Assembly: GCF_048593235.1 (NCBI RefSeq)
Contig: NC_133622.1
Coordinates: 250,298,055-250,362,054, forward strand
Length of the DNA: 64,000 nucleotides
Reading direction: 5' to 3'
Source of the DNA: Sminthopsis crassicaudata
Lineage: Eukaryota
Below the pieces are notes generated by a model that saw only the letters and a list, made by a program, of their open reading frames with translations, did no database searches and was not told the DNA's origin. Within the stretch, counting starts at the first letter, position 1; each line of letters starts with the position of its first letter. Positions 59,701-64,000 of this stretch are shown here, piece after piece. A program made the position numbers and the translations under genes.

Positions 59701-61324
59701 AAGCCCTCGATCTCCTCTTCGACTGTGGGGCTCCCGAAGAAGAGCCGGGCCCCGCGGCTCGAGGAGCACTCACCGAGGCCGAGCTGGCTCTCTTTGACCC
59801 ATTCTCCAAAGAAGGTAGCGTGCTGGGGAGAGAGGCAGGGACCCTCAGAGCCTCCCCTCACTGCAGAGTATCCTAGTAAAAGCCGGTGACCCCGGGGAGC
59901 ATGTCAACGAGGGGAATTCAGATACTAGCAGAGCTGGAGGGACCAGGAGGCTGTCCCAGCCCGGAGAACGGCCAGCGGTGACCATGGCCAGCGAGGGTGA
60001 TGGGGCGGCCCTGAGCTTCCTGAGGGAGAACTTGTGGTTCTCCGTTATTTTCCCTCTCCTCCACCCAGCTAGGACCCAGGGGGTGAAAACTGATTTTAAC
60101 CTGAGCCTAAAGCGGGCAGTGAGACCTAGGGACAGAGTGCTGGCCCGGGCCCGGGAGCCTGTGCGGCCTCAGGGCCAGCCATGGCCCAGGGCAGGAGGAA
60201 GAAGATCTCCTCTCCATTTTGTGGAAAAAATTGAATTCCCGAGACAGGATTTGAACTCAGGCCTTCCTGTGGCCGTCTAAGTTCAGGCTCCCCTTCTACC
60301 TTTGCTGACTGGAACAACTATCGAGGGCCCCAACTTGGGCAGTCCTGATGGGGGGTGAGTGGGGCAGGGAGGTGGGGGAGGTGGCCCTGAATCCCCCTTC
60401 TCTGGGCCGCAGAAGGCGCTGGACCGGGCCCCAGCCCCACCCACGTAGCTGACCTGGCAGCCTTGGGGGCAGAGCCACAGACCCGGGGCCAGACGCCCTG
60501 GGAGCCCGGAGGGGAGGAGGAGGACGAGGAGGAGGAAGAAGAGGAGGGCCCCCGCCCGGCCTACCTGGACCGAGCTACAGAGCTCATCACCCAGGCCCTG
60601 AAGGACGAGCAGGCGGGGGCCTACGCCTCGGCCCTACAGGGATACCGGGACGGCGTGGACGTGCTCCTCCAGGGGGTGCCAGGTGAGCTAGGGGCATTTT
60701 GGCCCCGAGGAGTGGCTGGGACTCCAGGGAGGAGAAAAGAGGCCGGGCATTAGGCCTGGGCCTGGGGAGGGGGGAGCCGGCAGGACTGGGGCAGCCTTCC
60801 TGGAGCAATGACTGTATACCATCACTTCCAGGCGTAGAGCCCAGTATCCCCTTTTTGGGAAAGCTGAGGCAGAGTGAAGGGGAGTTGCCCGGGGTCTTCC
60901 TTACTCTCCGCCCAGTCCGGCAGCTCCATGGGAAGTGGGCTCTGATATTAGGGAGCCCTTCAAGAGCAGATGCACGTGGTGTGAAGGGACCTGGCTTTGG
61001 AGTCAGGGGACCTGAGTTCAAATTGTGGCTCCGTTCCTGTCTTCCTGAGTGCTGGTGGACAAGCCCCTTCTCTGGGCCTGTTTCTTTATCCGTAAAGTGA
61101 GGGGCTGGGACTGACTCTGGTGTCCGATGTAGGCGTGCCCAGATATTGGGGGTGGGGAGATGAGCTCAGAGGGACCCCCGAGGCTGGCCAGATCAGGAGT
61201 CTGAGGCTCTGGACTCCTCCCCACAGGGGACCCCAACTGTGCCCGCCAAGAAGGGGTGAAGAGGAAAGTGGCGGAGTACCTGCGGCGGGCGGAAGAGATC
61301 CTGCACCTCCACCTGCAGCCATGA
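56737..61324 (+). CDS. SNX15: Sorting nexin 15 (PX + MIT domains), 8 exons, 346 aa
   Basis: Exons 56737-56835, 57602-57637, 58436-58556, 58991-59106, 59239-59395, 59671-59814, 60413-60682, 61227-61324 (1041 nt). PX motifs HPKGYTEYKV, VWKRYSDF and IEERRK; MIT region AYLDRATELITQAL...AEEIL. Confidence 0.97.
57660..58390. repeat. ~57-bp VNTR (12 full units plus 1 partial) filling SNX15 intron 2
   Basis: GTGGGTCAGCTGGGGGGCAGAACCCTGRCTTTGGGGAGGGGAGGGGCGCCCCCACAG unit; units end at 57721, 57778, 57835, 57892, 57949, 58006, 58063, 58120, 58181, 58238, 58300 and 58355. Confidence 0.97.
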
Positions 61325-61899
61325 GCTGCATTTCCTGCCTGCGGAGTGCCACCTGGCCTCAGTTTCCCTTCCCGTCACAGGGAGGTGGCAGACTTGCACT
61401 GCCTCCCCAGGGGGTCTCCTGAGGATGGTGCTGGGGAGGGTCTCCCAGGCGTTTTGCCTTCTCTCCTGCGGCCGGGCATGGGATGACCGTCTGGGGGTCT
61501 GACCAGCATCCCCCAAGCTGGGGGCCACACAACTGCCAAGTAGACACTCCCCAAGTGCCCTTCAGACGCCGCACTGCCCGGCCTTGCTGACCTGCCTGCT
61601 CTTCCTTGGGTGATACCTTCCATCTCCCACCTCCAGGCCTTTGCCCAGGCCCTTCCCCATGACAGGAATGCCTTCCCTCCTCATTGTCTCACCCAGAAGT
61701 GAATGATTGAACGATGTGTATATGTGGTTCTTCTGGGACAGGATAAACCTTGGAGGGCATGGACACCTAACTCCATATCCCTGTGCCCAGCACAACACGA
61801 ACACTTAATAAATGCTTGCTGAATGCATTATAATGAATGGAAGCCGCTTCCAGCAGCCTGGACTGAGATGTGAGGCATTCTGGGAAAACGAAGGTCTGG

Positions 61900-63806
<1,907 letters not shown>

Positions 63807-63852
63807 AGCACCCGCACCCCCTCATGCCAAAGACTCCTTTGCCCACTCTGCC

Positions 63853-63869
63853 AGTAAAGCGCCTTTATT
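63853..63869. terminator. Back-to-back poly(A) signals: AGTAAA (+, SAC3D1) and AATAAA (-, next gene, NAALADL1 by synteny)
   Basis: AGTAAA at 63853-63858 and TTTATT at 63864-63869. Confidence 0.65.
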
Positions 63870-64000
63870 AACCAGCCGCCTCTGTGGATTATTTGGAGGG
63901 ACGTGGGGAGGCTGGGCCCCGCCTGGTGTCCGGAGGACCGTTGGGAGCACTGAGGTGTTCCCAGACCCAAGCCAGGACGTAGGCCTTGGGCCTGAGTTCC

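Noticed and set aside
142-61400. Numerous GGGGAAACTGAGGC / GCCTCAGTTTCC motifs scattered across the window
   Set aside because: These are the MIR/CORE-SINE core, ubiquitous in marsupial genomes, and not a locus-specific regulatory code.

Overview
GC-rich mammalian genomic DNA, almost certainly marsupial. The SINE, L1-tail and hAT-MITE types point to an Australian dasyurid-like lineage (inference). The window is syntenic to human 11q13.1. Gene order reconstructed exon by exon: ATG2A (-, first two exons) ; an intact 10-exon OAT-type SLC22 transporter gene (-) ; PPP2R5B (+) ; GPHA2 (-) ; MAJIN (-) ; BATF2 (-) ; ARL2 (+) ; SNX15 (+) ; SAC3D1 (+) ; then the poly(A) signal of a convergent gene (NAALADL1 by synteny). 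There are two N gaps (8713-8856, 28668-29639). The best candidate for an undescribed system is the SLC22 gene, which has no counterpart at this position in human. It is structurally complete (531 aa, canonical exon sizes, poly(A) signal, tandem DR1/HNF4-type promoter element, C-terminal PDZ ligand). However, nearly every known OAT substrate-pocket residue is replaced, including the TM11 Arg to His, and its first extracellular loop is miniaturised. Other highlights: a 9-unit tandem array of CCAAT boxes upstream of MAJIN; an SNX15 intron that is one stop-free in-frame ORF built from a 57-bp VNTR with a CAG|GTGGGT splice motif in most units; two putative U12 introns; an overlapping ISRE/GAS element at BATF2; and OC1-like hAT MITEs. 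Most ORF-track entries are GC-rich or repeat artefacts. Human residue numbers, exon sizes and gene order are quoted from memory, not from a database search.
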